A DNA stretch of 64,000 nt, taken from a virus (Duplodnaviria; Heunggongvirae; Uroviricota; Caudoviricetes). Of the stretch, positions 8,807 to 19,118 are shown piece after piece. The position numbers and the translations under genes were made by a program. The notes beneath the pieces were generated by a model. The model searched no databases. It saw only the letters and a program-made list of their open reading frames with translations, and was not told the origin of the DNA. The first letter of the stretch is position 1; each line of letters begins with the position of its first letter. The stretch is taken from IMG/VR virus record IMGVR_UViG_3300049219_000004; one strand, given 5' to 3'.

Positions 8807-9838
8807 ATGCCTATCGTACGTTCATTTGGCAACAACTTCGAAGTACAAGACTGGACTGGTGAAGTTAACACCGTCCCTAACCAATGGGGTCTGATTGGTC
8901 AGCTTGGTATCTTCCGTGAAGAAGGCGTTGCAGAGCACGTTGTAGTGTTCGAAGAAATCATCAAGGACGGTGCGTTGCTGGTTGACCGTGTTCGCGGGGA
9001 TCGTAGCAACGTGGGTAAAGATGCACAGCGCAAGCTGCACACCTTCGCCGTTCCGCACTTCCCAATGGAAGATGCGATTTTCCCACAAGACATCCAAGGT
9101 AAGCGTGCCTACGGCAAAGCTAACGAAGTGGAAACTCTTGACCTAGTACGTGCCCGTAAGCTGGCCCGTATTCGTCAGAATCACGCTTGGACTCTGGAAG
9201 TAGCTCGTGCTCAGGCTATCACTGCTGGTACTGTCTATGCTCCTAACGGTACTGTATCGCAAGACTGGTATCAAGAGATGACAGGTGCAGCTCGTCCTGC
9301 TGCTGTGGACTTCTTGCTGGGTACATCGACTACTGAAATCGCTTCGCAGGTGGAAACCGTTCTGGCGAAGATTCAAGATAACAGCGGTGAAATCAACTAC
9401 AGCGGCGTAATTGCTCTGTGCGGTACTACCTTCTTCCAGAAGCTGGTAACACACGCAACGATTAAGCAGGCTTACCAGTTCTACACTTCGACTCAGGAAC
9501 CTCTGCGTCGTCGTCTGTCGAGCGATGGTAGCGCTGTTGGTATGCGTCGTACTTTCGAGTACATGGGCGTTACCTTCATCGAAATGCGTGACAACCTTGG
9601 CGGAACTACGCTGATTGGCGCTTCTGATGCTTACTTCCTGCCAACTGGTACGGAGTACTTCAAAACCTACTTCAGCCCAGCTAACCGTTTCGGTCTGGTG
9701 AATACAATCGGTGAACAGGTTTATGTGTTCGAAAGCATGGCTCCTAACGGAACTGCTTACAACTACGAATCTGAATCGAACTTCATCAACGCGCTGTTGA
9801 AGCCGCTGACTGTTGTGAAAGCAACCACAAGCAACTAA
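8807..9838 (+). CDS. major capsid protein (HK97 fold, lambda gpE-like size)
   Basis: 343 aa, strong SD AAAGGAA, followed by strong terminator; canonical position. Confidence 0.85.
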   Translation: MPIVRSFGNNFEVQDWTGEVNTVPNQWGLIGQLGIFREEGVAEHVVVFEEIIKDGALLVDRVRGDRSNVGKDAQRKLHTFAVPHFPMEDAIFPQDIQGKRAYGKANEVETLDLVRARKLARIRQNHAWTLEVARAQAITAGTVYAPNGTVSQDWYQEMTGAARPAAVDFLLGTSTTEIASQVETVLAKIQDNSGEINYSGVIALCGTTFFQKLVTHATIKQAYQFYTSTQEPLRRRLSSDGSAVGMRRTFEYMGVTFIEMRDNLGGTTLIGASDAYFLPTGTEYFKTYFSPANRFGLVNTIGEQVYVFESMAPNGTAYNYESESNFINALLKPLTVVKATTSN

Positions 9839-9846
9839 TGCTTGAA

Positions 9847-9872
9847 AACAGAACCCTTCGGGTTCTGTTATT
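9847..9872 (+). terminator. rho-independent terminator after capsid gene
   Basis: AACAGAACCC-TTCG-GGGTTCTGTT hairpin + ATTTAT. Confidence 0.6.
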
Positions 9873-9949
9873 TATGAAGATTGATGCGAGAGCCAGTGCA
9901 CACCGTGCCAGTGTAAGAGTCTTCATAAATAACATAGAAAGGATAAATA

Positions 9950-10423
9950 ATGGCTATTCTCGATCCTACTACGGCTATCGGAAAGATGCGTCTACGTGTA
10001 GGCGATTTTAGTGATTTGCCTCTGATGCCAGATTCTGTATATCAGTCAGCGCTAGACGACTCTAATCAGAGTGTACCGAAGGCGAGTGTGCTAGTTGCCA
10101 CTTACATCCTAGCGATGCTAACTGGACAGACACATCAGAAGCTTTCGCAGATTGAAGTGTTCGGGGCAGAATGGTTTAGAAATTATCTGTCGTTTGTTAA
10201 GGCCACAATCCTTAATCCAAACTTCATGGAAATTTTGCCAGTGCCTTACGTAGCGCAGATTAGAAATGAATGCGGTGAGCTGGTTGAACTTCCATTAGTA
10301 CAGTTCCAACAAGATTGGAATGCAAACTACGTATCGACAACGCAGTCTCAAGACATGCACATGACAGCCACACTTTCACCAAACGGTGGAGGATGTTGGT
10401 CAGCGGTTCCACATTGGGTGTGA
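9950..10423 (+). CDS. head-tail connector/head completion protein (putative)
   Basis: 157 aa ORF with SD AAAGGATAAATAATG, first gene after capsid terminator. Confidence 0.4.
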   Translation: MAILDPTTAIGKMRLRVGDFSDLPLMPDSVYQSALDDSNQSVPKASVLVATYILAMLTGQTHQKLSQIEVFGAEWFRNYLSFVKATILNPNFMEILPVPYVAQIRNECGELVELPLVQFQQDWNANYVSTTQSQDMHMTATLSPNGGGCWSAVPHWV

Positions 10424-10428
10424 TAGAT

Positions 10429-10800
10429 ATGATTGATCCACTAACACGTACAGTGATGAATATCATTCGTCAATTCGGAGGCTCTGCAACACTAACTGTT
10501 GTGACGGGCGAAGTATATGACGTTGAGACATCCACTGTTGTGACAACAGAGACACAGTACCCAATTAAGATGGTTGCACAGGATTATATCCAAAAGTCCA
10601 ATGGACTGTACGCACAGAATGGAACGTTGCTTCAGACAGGAGACAAACAGTTCTTCATTCAATCTGAGGGAGTTCCAGTTCCACGTCCGGGAACCGATTC
10701 GATTATATTCGAAGGAAGAAAGTGGACAGTATTAACTGTAAAGGATTATAACCCTTCAGGCGTTAAATCCTACTGCTACGAAATCTACGCGAGGGTGTAA
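10429..10800 (+). CDS. neck/head-tail joining protein (putative)
   Basis: ORF (ATG at 10429; longer frame from 10315 overlaps previous gene), translationally coupled to next gene (TAATG). Confidence 0.4.
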   Translation: MIDPLTRTVMNIIRQFGGSATLTVVTGEVYDVETSTVVTTETQYPIKMVAQDYIQKSNGLYAQNGTLLQTGDKQFFIQSEGVPVPRPGTDSIIFEGRKWTVLTVKDYNPSGVKSYCYEIYARV

Positions 10801-11216
10801 TGGGATTCGCATCATCTGTCAAAGCGTTTCAGGCAAAAGCTACTAGCCAAGTGAATGCACAGGTGAATGCAATTGCGACGGAACTGTTCGAAGAAATTGT
10901 AAAAGAGACGCCTGTAGAAAAAGGCGTACTAAAGAATAACTGGTACATCGGCTACGGGAAGGTCTACAACACCGCCTACAGCGAAAATTCAGCGTCCAAG
11001 GATGGGATGGCCAGCTTGAGTCGAATCTCGGCTCTAAAGACCGGTACGACCTTCCTGAAGAAGGACGGAATTGTCAGTCTGTCCAATTCAACGCCATATG
11101 GATTCCGAGCTGAGTACGCTGGCTGGCCTTATCCTCAATGGACTGGACGTGTTGGCCCATATGCAATGATTGCTAAAGCCTTCATCGTAGTTGTTCCAAA
11201 ATATAAGAGGGCGTAA
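10800..11216 (+). CDS. neck/tail completion protein (putative)
   Basis: 138 aa, coupled start/stop with neighbours. Confidence 0.4.
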   Translation: MGFASSVKAFQAKATSQVNAQVNAIATELFEEIVKETPVEKGVLKNNWYIGYGKVYNTAYSENSASKDGMASLSRISALKTGTTFLKKDGIVSLSNSTPYGFRAEYAGWPYPQWTGRVGPYAMIAKAFIVVVPKYKRA

Positions 11217-11608
11217 TGAGTACACGATCAGAAATTGAAGCACGTGTGATTACTTGGGCAAATGCTCAAGTTCCACCTATCCCAGTAGCACTTGAAGGTA
11301 AGAGTTTTCCCAAGCCTGTAACAGGGCCTTGGCTTGAAGTGTTTCTTCTGGGAGCAAACAACGTAAATCGAAACGTAGCAGCAGAAGGAACCCGAACATA
11401 CGGAATGTTCCAAATTAATTGCTACGCTCAAGCAGGTAAAGGAATGGGAGAAGTTGAAGCATTGCGCGACAACATGGTAGCCCTTTTCCCCGTACTACCA
11501 AAGACAGGGACGGTGAGTATTGAAGCTCCCCTGAGTTGGTCTGGTAGTGACGTTATTGACGGGTATGCATTCGTACCTGTCCGTGGCAACTACCGAACTG
11601 AAACATAA
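11216..11608 (+). CDS. tail terminator-like protein (putative)
   Basis: 130 aa, position between neck genes and tail tube genes. Confidence 0.4.
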   Translation: MSTRSEIEARVITWANAQVPPIPVALEGKSFPKPVTGPWLEVFLLGANNVNRNVAAEGTRTYGMFQINCYAQAGKGMGEVEALRDNMVALFPVLPKTGTVSIEAPLSWSGSDVIDGYAFVPVRGNYRTET

Positions 11609-11639
11609 ATTAAACAACCTTCTTCTAAAGGAATAAACA

Positions 11640-11993
11640 ATGGCAGCACTTACACCAACCGTACGCGGAGCACTGGTAACTGCAAACCGTAACACCCTGT
11701 CTGCATCTGACACGTTTGTCTACACACAAAATCTGAGTCAATGCCTTGAACTTCACAATAACACTGCTGGGCCACTTACTGCTGTGATTAAAGGTTCGGC
11801 GCCTTCTGCTGCATATCCAATTCAGGGTGCAGGTGGAACGACAGTTGACCTAAGCGCAGGACTATCAGTAGTTGTTGCAGCAAACGCTTCCAAGCTTGTA
11901 AATCTGGATGCACACGCAGCTTATCTAGCTGGTAACGGAACAGTAACTGTAACAGGCGCAGCAACAGCTATCGCTATCCTGTTGACTAACTAA
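11640..11993 (+). CDS. minor tail/tube-associated protein (putative)
   Basis: 117 aa with SD AAAGGAATAAACAATG. Confidence 0.4.
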   Translation: MAALTPTVRGALVTANRNTLSASDTFVYTQNLSQCLELHNNTAGPLTAVIKGSAPSAAYPIQGAGGTTVDLSAGLSVVVAANASKLVNLDAHAAYLAGNGTVTVTGAATAIAILLTN

Positions 11994-12014
11994 TTTTAAC
12001 AAAGGAACATATAA

Positions 12015-12482
12015 ATGGCTGCATCTAAAGTACGTACCAGTGCTGGTACAAAATTCTATGTGTCTGACCCAATCGCTGCACTGAATACGACATATGACGC
12101 TGCGACATTCGCAGGCGGAACATACATCGAAGTTGGCGAACTGTCTGACCTAGGTAGCTTCGGTAAGAAATACAACCTTGTAACGTTCAACCCTCTGGGT
12201 GATCGTAAAACTGTAAAGCGTAAAGGTTCGTACAACAACGGTACATTGGCCCTGAAACTGGGCGCTGCTGTAACCGATGCTGGACAGATCAAAATGCAAG
12301 CAGCAGCAGATTCTGACTCGTCTTACGCCTTCAAGGTTGTAACGCAGAGCGGAAGCATCTACTACTTCACCGGACAGGTAATGGGATGGATGCTGGAAGT
12401 TGGTAGCGTTGACCAGATCATGGGTGCTTCGACCGACCTTGAAATCGACAACGACATTGTAGCCACTAACCTGACTGCCTAA
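12015..12482 (+). CDS. major tail tube protein (putative)
   Basis: 155 aa, strong SD, followed immediately by strong terminator and upstream of chaperone/TMP genes. Confidence 0.5.
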   Translation: MAASKVRTSAGTKFYVSDPIAALNTTYDAATFAGGTYIEVGELSDLGSFGKKYNLVTFNPLGDRKTVKRKGSYNNGTLALKLGAAVTDAGQIKMQAAADSDSSYAFKVVTQSGSIYYFTGQVMGWMLEVGSVDQIMGASTDLEIDNDIVATNLTA

Positions 12483-12487
12483 TGTTG

Positions 12488-12518
12488 AAGAGCCGCCTTC
12501 GGGTGGCTCTTTCTGTTT
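12488..12518 (+). terminator. rho-independent terminator
   Basis: AGAGCCGCC-TTCG-GGTGGCTCT hairpin followed by TTTCTGTTTC. Confidence 0.65.
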
Positions 12519-12551
12519 CTAGCACACCTTAGCAAGTAACACTATCAAAAT

Positions 12552-12580
12552 TTGACAAAATGTGATAAGTAGTGTACAAT
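12552..12580 (+). promoter_or_regulatory. near-consensus sigma70 promoter (TTGACA-17-TACAAT)
   Basis: TTGACA 12552-12557, spacer with AAGTAGTG, TACAAT 12575-12580; upstream of tail chaperone gene. Confidence 0.55.
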
Positions 12581-12657
12581 CTGGGGTAAGTAGGCAATAA
12601 GTCTACGCATAAAATGATGGCAATAGAAGCCGCAACCTACCATAAAAGGACTATAAC

Positions 12658-13068
12658 ATGTTTGACGTAAAATCGCTAGCAATTAAAGAATCTACTGTTC
12701 TGCACTTGACTAACCCATTCACCCAAGAGCACCTGTTCGTGAACGATAAAGGTGAACTGGACTCCAAGGGTAAGCACCCTGTAACCGTTACCATTGCATC
12801 ACAAGGTAGCCGTGAATATCGTCTTGCTGTGAACGCTATGATTAACCGAGACAACAAGCGTGGCAAGAAACTGAAAACTGCGGAAGAAAGCCGTGCGGAA
12901 GGTATCGAACTGCTGGTAGCTATCTGTTTGGATTCCGACAATCTGTCGTATGACGGTGAGCCAGTAAAGACTGATGCGCAGTTCCGTGCAATGCTGTCGG
13001 ATGATTCTCTGGGATTCATCAAGCAACAAATTGATGAAACTCTGGGTGACATCGGCGTTTTCAAATAA
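12658..13068 (+). CDS. tail assembly chaperone (gpG-like)
   Basis: 136 aa, directly upstream of tape measure gene; -1 frame stays open past its stop. Confidence 0.55.
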   Translation: MFDVKSLAIKESTVLHLTNPFTQEHLFVNDKGELDSKGKHPVTVTIASQGSREYRLAVNAMINRDNKRGKKLKTAEESRAEGIELLVAICLDSDNLSYDGEPVKTDAQFRAMLSDDSLGFIKQQIDETLGDIGVFK

Positions 13069-13610
13069 CAGTCGAAGAGGCTGAGCTTTACATCCGACAG
13101 GAAGCGTTTTACAACGCTGTACCAGACGGTCAAAAGCTCAGTCGAGCGGAGCAAATAAGGCAGGTAGCGCTTGGTAGCGTTAATTTGCTGGACGACTCCG
13201 GGGAAGAAGACGATGGTTCAATCCCCGACACTCCTGCTGCCTCTATTCAAGAGCTACGAGAAATTCCAATGCCCGAAGTTTCGGAAGCTGCGGGGTATCT
13301 CGTAGCTCTTTTGCATTCTGCTGGTGTGGCGTCTGCAACAGGCATGGGACTATCAGGTTTGTCGTGGCAAGAAATTGAATCGTGGGCGAGATGCAATGAT
13401 TTCGTAGGCATCCTAAGTCCAAAAGAATACAGGGCTATCTACACCCTAAGCAGAGCATATGTTTCGGAGCATGCAGTTGCATCGAAGAAAGGTGCCAAAC
13501 CTCCATATATGCCGCCAGTAGAAAAAGAAGATGAAGTAGTGCGTGAACTGGTAGCAGAGAAAGTGGATGACGTTTTCGCTGTGATGTTGAAAGCACAAAC
13601 AAGAGGGTGA
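13050..13610 (+). CDS. tail assembly chaperone -1 frameshift extension (gpGT-like), putative
   Basis: Frame -1 relative to 12658..13068 is open from 13050 to 13610 overlapping the 3' end of the G-like gene; the only in-frame initiator for an independent gene is TTG at 13185 with no SD. Confidence 0.35.
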   Translation, partial: HRRFQITVEEAELYIRQEAFYNAVPDGQKLSRAEQIRQVALGSVNLLDDSGEEDDGSIPDTPAASIQELREIPMPEVSEAAGYLVALLHSAGVASATGMGLSGLSWQEIESWARCNDFVGILSPKEYRAIYTLSRAYVSEHAVASKKGAKPPYMPPVEKEDEVVRELVAEKVDDVFAVMLKAQTRG

Positions 13611-13642
13611 GCCAGATGGCTTAAATTTTATAAGGAAAGAGA

Positions 13643-16600
13643 ATGGCAACACAAGATATTAGCCAACTCGTCGTAGAGGTAAAGAGTAAGGGTATTCAAA
13701 CTGCTGAAAATCAGTTGGATAAACTGGCCACTGCTGCGGACAAAGCTGAAGCTGCTGTCAAGCGACTAGGTACATCTGTCGTAGGAACCAACAGCACGTT
13801 GAGCGGGGGAGTAGCTAACGCTGCTGCCCTTGTATCTTCTATGACAGCATTGACAGCAGTGTTGGAACGTATGTCCCTTACGCAAGCACGTGCTGCAAAA
13901 TCTACGCGTGTAAGCAACGAAGCAATGCGTGAAGCCCATGCCCTTGCTAGAGGTCTTTCCGGGTCACTAGGAGCGCTGTGGATCACGTACGGTAACCTTG
14001 CAGGTATGGGTGTAGGTATCGCTATTGGTGCCTCCCTGAAGGGCATTGTAACGAGCGGCAAAGAGGTGGAACAGACACTGGAACAGATTCGTGTTCTAGG
14101 TCAGGCATCAACAGGTGAAATCGATCAAATGGCTATTGCCGTCACCGATTTGGGAAAGGGAGCACAAGGCCCTAAAGATGTAGCTGAAGCTCTGCAAGTG
14201 TTGACGTTGGCAGGTTTGAATGCCAAGTCCGCATTGAGTGGTGTGCAGGCAGCTCTTAATCTGTCTATTGGCGGTGGAGTCAGTATTGAAAAAGCTGCTG
14301 AGACGCTTGTTCAGGTAAGTTCGGCACTTGGATATACAGCACGCGATTTCGATCACGTATCTGATGTCATCCAAAAAACTGCGGCAGTGTCTATGTCGAG
14401 TGTTGATAGCATCTCTAACGCATTCAAATCTGCTGCTGCTGTCGGTGAAGTTTATGGAGCATCGTTGCAAGATATCGCTCTTGGTCTTGCTGCTGTTGCT
14501 AACTTGGGTATTCAAGGTACATCTGCTGGTACGGCACTGAAAAACTTCTACAAAGACTTGTCCGCGTCTACTCAAAAAGTAACAGGGACACTTCAAGCAA
14601 TGGGTCTAACTATTGCAAGCTTCCGGGATGAATCCACTGGTAAATTCCGTCCACTTCTGGATGTTGTAAAAACACTGGATGAAGGTTTCGGCAGACTGAA
14701 TCAGCAACAAAAGAAATTGGCTGAAGTTAGAATGTTTAGCCAACAGGGTGTACGAGAATTCGCTGTATTGAGCAAGCTGTTGAACACTGCATCAGAAGAA
14801 GTTGATGCAACCGGAAAAGTGTACGCAAGCAAACTTGAAGAGATGGCAGATAAGATTGACAAAGCTGCTGCGTTCTCTACGCTTGCCGCTATTGCGATGG
14901 CTCAGACAACCAGTAACCAGTTGAAGTCTGTTGCTAATACTATTGAATCCACTTTTGTAGAAGTGTTTAGAGAAGTCTCTCCACAAATTGGACAAATTGC
15001 ACGTGCAATGAAGTCAGCCTTTGCTTCTCCAGAGTTCAAGGCTGGACTGACGGCTGTTGCAACAGGTATCGCAAACATCACTAAATTCGCAATTGAAAAC
15101 GCTAAGGTAATTGCAGAAGTAGCTGCGGCATGGTGGACTGGTATGCGTCTGCTGGCAATTGCTCCAGCACTGGCAGGCATTACTACTGGCCTGACTTTGG
15201 CAAGAGTTGCTGCGCTTGGATTGAGCGCTGCCCTTGGCCCAATCGGTATTACTTTGGCTGCGCTTACTGCTGCATGGTTCTTGTACAAATCTGCTCAAGA
15301 TGACGCACTGAACAATCAAGCTGCTGCTGCCAATCTGAACGAGTATAACGAAGGCATTGTCAAAGCTGCTGAAAAAGAACAACGTATCCTAGCAATGCGT
15401 AAGGCCGGTAAGACTCAGGCTGACATGGATCGTGAAGAACAGATGCAGCAAGACAAAGACGCTGCTGACCAAGCTATCCGTAATTCTCAACGTGGGTTGG
15501 ATGCAATGAAGTCCAAGCTTGCTGCTGACGAGAAAGCTTTGTCAGTGCACGAGAAGCTTATTCTTGGACTGGTAAAGCAAGGTACTTGGACAGGTATGGT
15601 TTCTTCTAAGATGGAGTCGTTCATCAAACAGGAAGATGAATATACCCGTGCACTTACTCAACATGCTAACCAAGTTAACATCACACGTAAAGCTACTGAA
15701 AAGCTTGTAGAACTTCGTAAAGAAAATGGCGCACTAGCTGATGCTGGAGCGAATAAAACTAAAATCTCAACAGGAGATGGAAGTCTTAACGGGAAGCCAG
15801 ACAGAGTTGGCGCTAACGATCAGTATTCCGCCACCATTAAAGGCTTCCAAGACGACATGAAAGCAGCTTACCAAGCTCTGTCGAATTTCCGAGAAGAAGA
15901 GAATGGTAAGTTCCGTGCTGGTGAAATCGGACGCCTACAAGTGATCCAAGAAACAGCAGACAAGGAAGTTGCAACATACACCTTGATTGCTGAAAAAGCT
16001 CGTGCTGCACGTGCCGTGGCTGAACGCACTCCTAACAAATCTGCGGATGCTGAACGTTTCCGTGGAGAAGAGGAACGTGCTGAAGCTGAAAGGGTTCAAG
16101 CAGAAAGAATGCGTTCACAAAATACTCTAGCATTGCAACGCGAAGTGCTTGCACAGAAGACAGCTTTGCAAGTTAAAGCTTTGGAGGATGAAGGTAAGTA
16201 TGTAGACGCTGCTAACCTGAAGTGGTCGGTAGATGGGAAGCTGTCTCTAGACCAAGCTCAGAAAGACCTTGCTGCGTACGGAGAGAAGTTTCCTTGGTTG
16301 ACAGACTTGGTAAATCAGTTTGCAGCAACACGTGATGCAGCAGTTGGTTCGGCCCAGTTGAAGCAAGACGCTCTTGAGTTTGATACAGCACTCCTGAATG
16401 TACAAGCGACGTTGAAAGGCTTTAAAGCTGACACATACGGAGACAGTGTTTCTGGTGTGCTAGATAAAGCTACTGATGCTACTCAGCGCTTCCAGAAAGC
16501 TATGGAAGTTGCTAAGGTAAAGCGTGACAAGCTGATGAACGATGCAAAAGGCGGTAAGCCTGAAGCCGTCAAAGCTGTAGCAGAAGCCAACAAAGAACTG

Positions 16601-19093
16601 CTGGCAGCAGCAGACAAGCAGAAAGAAATGTGGCGTGATGTAGGTAAGACGATTACTGATTCGTTGACAGGTGCATTTGGTTCCGCTGGTAACGCGATGG
16701 GTAAACTTCTGGAATCTACTATTGAGATTCAAAACACTGAAAATGCTAGCGCAGAACAGCGCATGGGACAGTATGGCGACATGGCTCAAGCAGCAAGTGG
16801 TTTCTTCGACAAACAATCGAAAGGCTACAAACTGTTGAACGGTATCTCGCAAGCATTCCACGTAGCTGAAATGGCGCGTACGCTTGTGATGACTGTAGCT
16901 AAGATTGCTCAAGGTGCTGCGACATTCTTCGCACAATCTGGATGGGGTGGATTTGCTGGTATTGCAGCTATGGGTGCAGTTATGGCTGGCCTTGGATTCG
17001 CAATGTCAGGAAACACAAACGCTGGAGGAAAGAGTGCAGAAGACATGCAGAAAACTCAAGGTACTGGGGGTGTGTTCGGTGATGCCAGCAAGAAGTCAGA
17101 GAGTATTAACAAGTCTTTGGAAACTTTGAAAACGAACTCTAACGTTCTGCTTCCAATTAACCAAGGAATGCTGCAATCGCTTCGTGCTATTGAAGCTTCC
17201 ATGACTGGACTGACTAACCTTGTTATTCGTACTTCCGGCCTGACAGAAGGTACTAACCTGGGAATCACAACAGGTAAACTTTCTTCTGGTGAAACTGGAC
17301 TACTTGGAACATCTGTAGGACTTACAAACAAGCTGGCAAGTGCAATTCCTGTTGTTGGAGGTGTAATCTCTAGCATCATGAGCAAAGTTAGTTCGTTGTG
17401 GGGAAGCACAAAGCAAACCATTATTGACGCTGGCCTGCAATTTGGAGGACGCGTGTCTGACCTTCAAGGTGGTAGTGGATTCAATCAGTATGCATCGGTA
17501 GATACGACCAAGAAGAAACTCTTTGGACTATCTAAGACAACAACCAACAAAGTTGTAACGCAAGGTGTTTCGCAAGAGATGGCCCAGCAGTTCGGATTGG
17601 TGTTCTCTAATCTGGAAGAAACTTTGAAGTTGGCTGCAAGTGGTCTAGGTAAGAGTGGAGAAGAAGTTGGAAACGCTATTAACAACATGGTGCTGACAAC
17701 TACTATGGTTTCGCTGAAGGGATTGAAGGGAGAAGAGCTGACAGAAGCACTTAACGCTGTCTTGAGCAAGTCGATGGACGAGATTGCGGAAAAGGCATTC
17801 CCATCTATGGATTCATTCCGTCAAGTTGGTGAAGGTTACGCTCAAACTGTTATCCGTGTATCTTCTGGTGTTGAACAAGCGAAGCTAGCAATGGAACAGC
17901 TTGGATTGACAGCGATTGATTATACCAACATCCTTAATAAGCAAGGAGATGTATCTGTTGAAATCGCTAGGCAAACTATCGCACTAGCCGAAGGAAACAG
18001 CGGCATTAATGAAATGCTTAAAGGGCTTGGGGATTCTCTGGACGATTTGGTTAGCACATACAAAGCTCTGGTAGATATTCGCAAGCAGATGAACGGACTA
18101 GGACTTAACGGTAACGGGCTGGACATCAATGTTGTTAAGGGAGCTGGAAGTATTTCCAAACTAGGTAGTGCACTAACTGCTTACCAAGATAAATACTTTA
18201 CAGATCAAGAGAAGTCTGCTATAATGTTGAAATCTGTAACTGCTGAGTTTAATAAGCTCGGCCTTGCACTTCCAGCAAGCAAAGCAGCACTTCGTGCCTT
18301 GATTGAACAAACTGGTGTAGGTACGGCTGAAAACGCTAAACTTACAGGTCAACTGCTAGCTCTAACTGATGCCTACGCGAAAGCTACGGAAGCAGCAGAC
18401 GAAGCAAGAGATAGCCAGATGGAAAGTATCAATTCTACGCTCGACGGTCTGAAGCGATTCTTGGACACGTTAAAAGAGTTCAAAGACTCCTTGGCTCTTG
18501 GTGGATCATCTATCCTGACTCCTAACGAAAAATACGTAGAAGCTAAACGCCAGTATGAGGAAACTCTTGCTAAGGCAATGGCCGGAGACGTTACTGCACA
18601 AGACAACTTCACCGGAGTGGCGCAAGCCTTCCTAGATGCGTCCCGTGTTATCAACGCTAGCTCACAAGGCTACACCGATACGTACAATAAAGTTATGGCA
18701 GACATCGATAGATTGTCAGCTTCAACTTCGGCTCAGATCACTAACGCAGAAGCACAACTTAAAGCTTTGCAAGATCAAGTGGCTCGTTTGGATACATTGA
18801 ATGCAACAGCTCAAGATATCCTGACTAACCTTGTGGCTCCTTCACCGTTGCTGCAAACATCCGTATCTCCTGTAGTGGTTGATACATCATCTCTAGAAGC
18901 TCAAATTGCAGAACTTCGTGCGCAGTTGGCCGAAGCAAATACTTTGAATGCTAAGCAGATGGACGACCTGATGGGCGTGGTGTTCAACTCACAAACAACG
19001 AGTGCAGGTGTTATTGCTGAAGCTGTTACCTCTTCAACGAGTGCTACAGTGTGGGCCGATAAGACAGGCAAACTTCTAGAAAATGAACGATAA
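13643..19093 (+). CDS. tail tape measure protein
   Basis: 1816 aa, Ala/coiled-coil rich, hydrophobic central segments, follows chaperone pair. Confidence 0.9.
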   Translation: MATQDISQLVVEVKSKGIQTAENQLDKLATAADKAEAAVKRLGTSVVGTNSTLSGGVANAAALVSSMTALTAVLERMSLTQARAAKSTRVSNEAMREAHALARGLSGSLGALWITYGNLAGMGVGIAIGASLKGIVTSGKEVEQTLEQIRVLGQASTGEIDQMAIAVTDLGKGAQGPKDVAEALQVLTLAGLNAKSALSGVQAALNLSIGGGVSIEKAAETLVQVSSALGYTARDFDHVSDVIQKTAAVSMSSVDSISNAFKSAAAVGEVYGASLQDIALGLAAVANLGIQGTSAGTALKNFYKDLSASTQKVTGTLQAMGLTIASFRDESTGKFRPLLDVVKTLDEGFGRLNQQQKKLAEVRMFSQQGVREFAVLSKLLNTASEEVDATGKVYASKLEEMADKIDKAAAFSTLAAIAMAQTTSNQLKSVANTIESTFVEVFREVSPQIGQIARAMKSAFASPEFKAGLTAVATGIANITKFAIENAKVIAEVAAAWWTGMRLLAIAPALAGITTGLTLARVAALGLSAALGPIGITLAALTAAWFLYKSAQDDALNNQAAAANLNEYNEGIVKAAEKEQRILAMRKAGKTQADMDREEQMQQDKDAADQAIRNSQRGLDAMKSKLAADEKALSVHEKLILGLVKQGTWTGMVSSKMESFIKQEDEYTRALTQHANQVNITRKATEKLVELRKENGALADAGANKTKISTGDGSLNGKPDRVGANDQYSATIKGFQDDMKAAYQALSNFREEENGKFRAGEIGRLQVIQETADKEVATYTLIAEKARAARAVAERTPNKSADAERFRGEEERAEAERVQAERMRSQNTLALQREVLAQKTALQVKALEDEGKYVDAANLKWSVDGKLSLDQAQKDLAAYGEKFPWLTDLVNQFAATRDAAVGSAQLKQDALEFDTALLNVQATLKGFKADTYGDSVSGVLDKATDATQRFQKAMEVAKVKRDKLMNDAKGGKPEAVKAVAEANKELLAAADKQKEMWRDVGKTITDSLTGAFGSAGNAMGKLLESTIEIQNTENASAEQRMGQYGDMAQAASGFFDKQSKGYKLLNGISQAFHVAEMARTLVMTVAKIAQGAATFFAQSGWGGFAGIAAMGAVMAGLGFAMSGNTNAGGKSAEDMQKTQGTGGVFGDASKKSESINKSLETLKTNSNVLLPINQGMLQSLRAIEASMTGLTNLVIRTSGLTEGTNLGITTGKLSSGETGLLGTSVGLTNKLASAIPVVGGVISSIMSKVSSLWGSTKQTIIDAGLQFGGRVSDLQGGSGFNQYASVDTTKKKLFGLSKTTTNKVVTQGVSQEMAQQFGLVFSNLEETLKLAASGLGKSGEEVGNAINNMVLTTTMVSLKGLKGEELTEALNAVLSKSMDEIAEKAFPSMDSFRQVGEGYAQTVIRVSSGVEQAKLAMEQLGLTAIDYTNILNKQGDVSVEIARQTIALAEGNSGINEMLKGLGDSLDDLVSTYKALVDIRKQMNGLGLNGNGLDINVVKGAGSISKLGSALTAYQDKYFTDQEKSAIMLKSVTAEFNKLGLALPASKAALRALIEQTGVGTAENAKLTGQLLALTDAYAKATEAADEARDSQMESINSTLDGLKRFLDTLKEFKDSLALGGSSILTPNEKYVEAKRQYEETLAKAMAGDVTAQDNFTGVAQAFLDASRVINASSQGYTDTYNKVMADIDRLSASTSAQITNAEAQLKALQDQVARLDTLNATAQDILTNLVAPSPLLQTSVSPVVVDTSSLEAQIAELRAQLAEANTLNAKQMDDLMGVVFNSQTTSAGVIAEAVTSSTSATVWADKTGKLLENER

Positions 19094-19118
19094 GCCTTAA
19101 CAGGCTAGAAGGGAAACA

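Noticed and set aside
14108-17421. Multiple 90-160-aa minus-strand ORFs inside the tape measure gene
   Set aside because: Embedded antisense in a 5.4-kb Ala-rich gene; Cys/Ser-rich low-complexity products, no independent signals.
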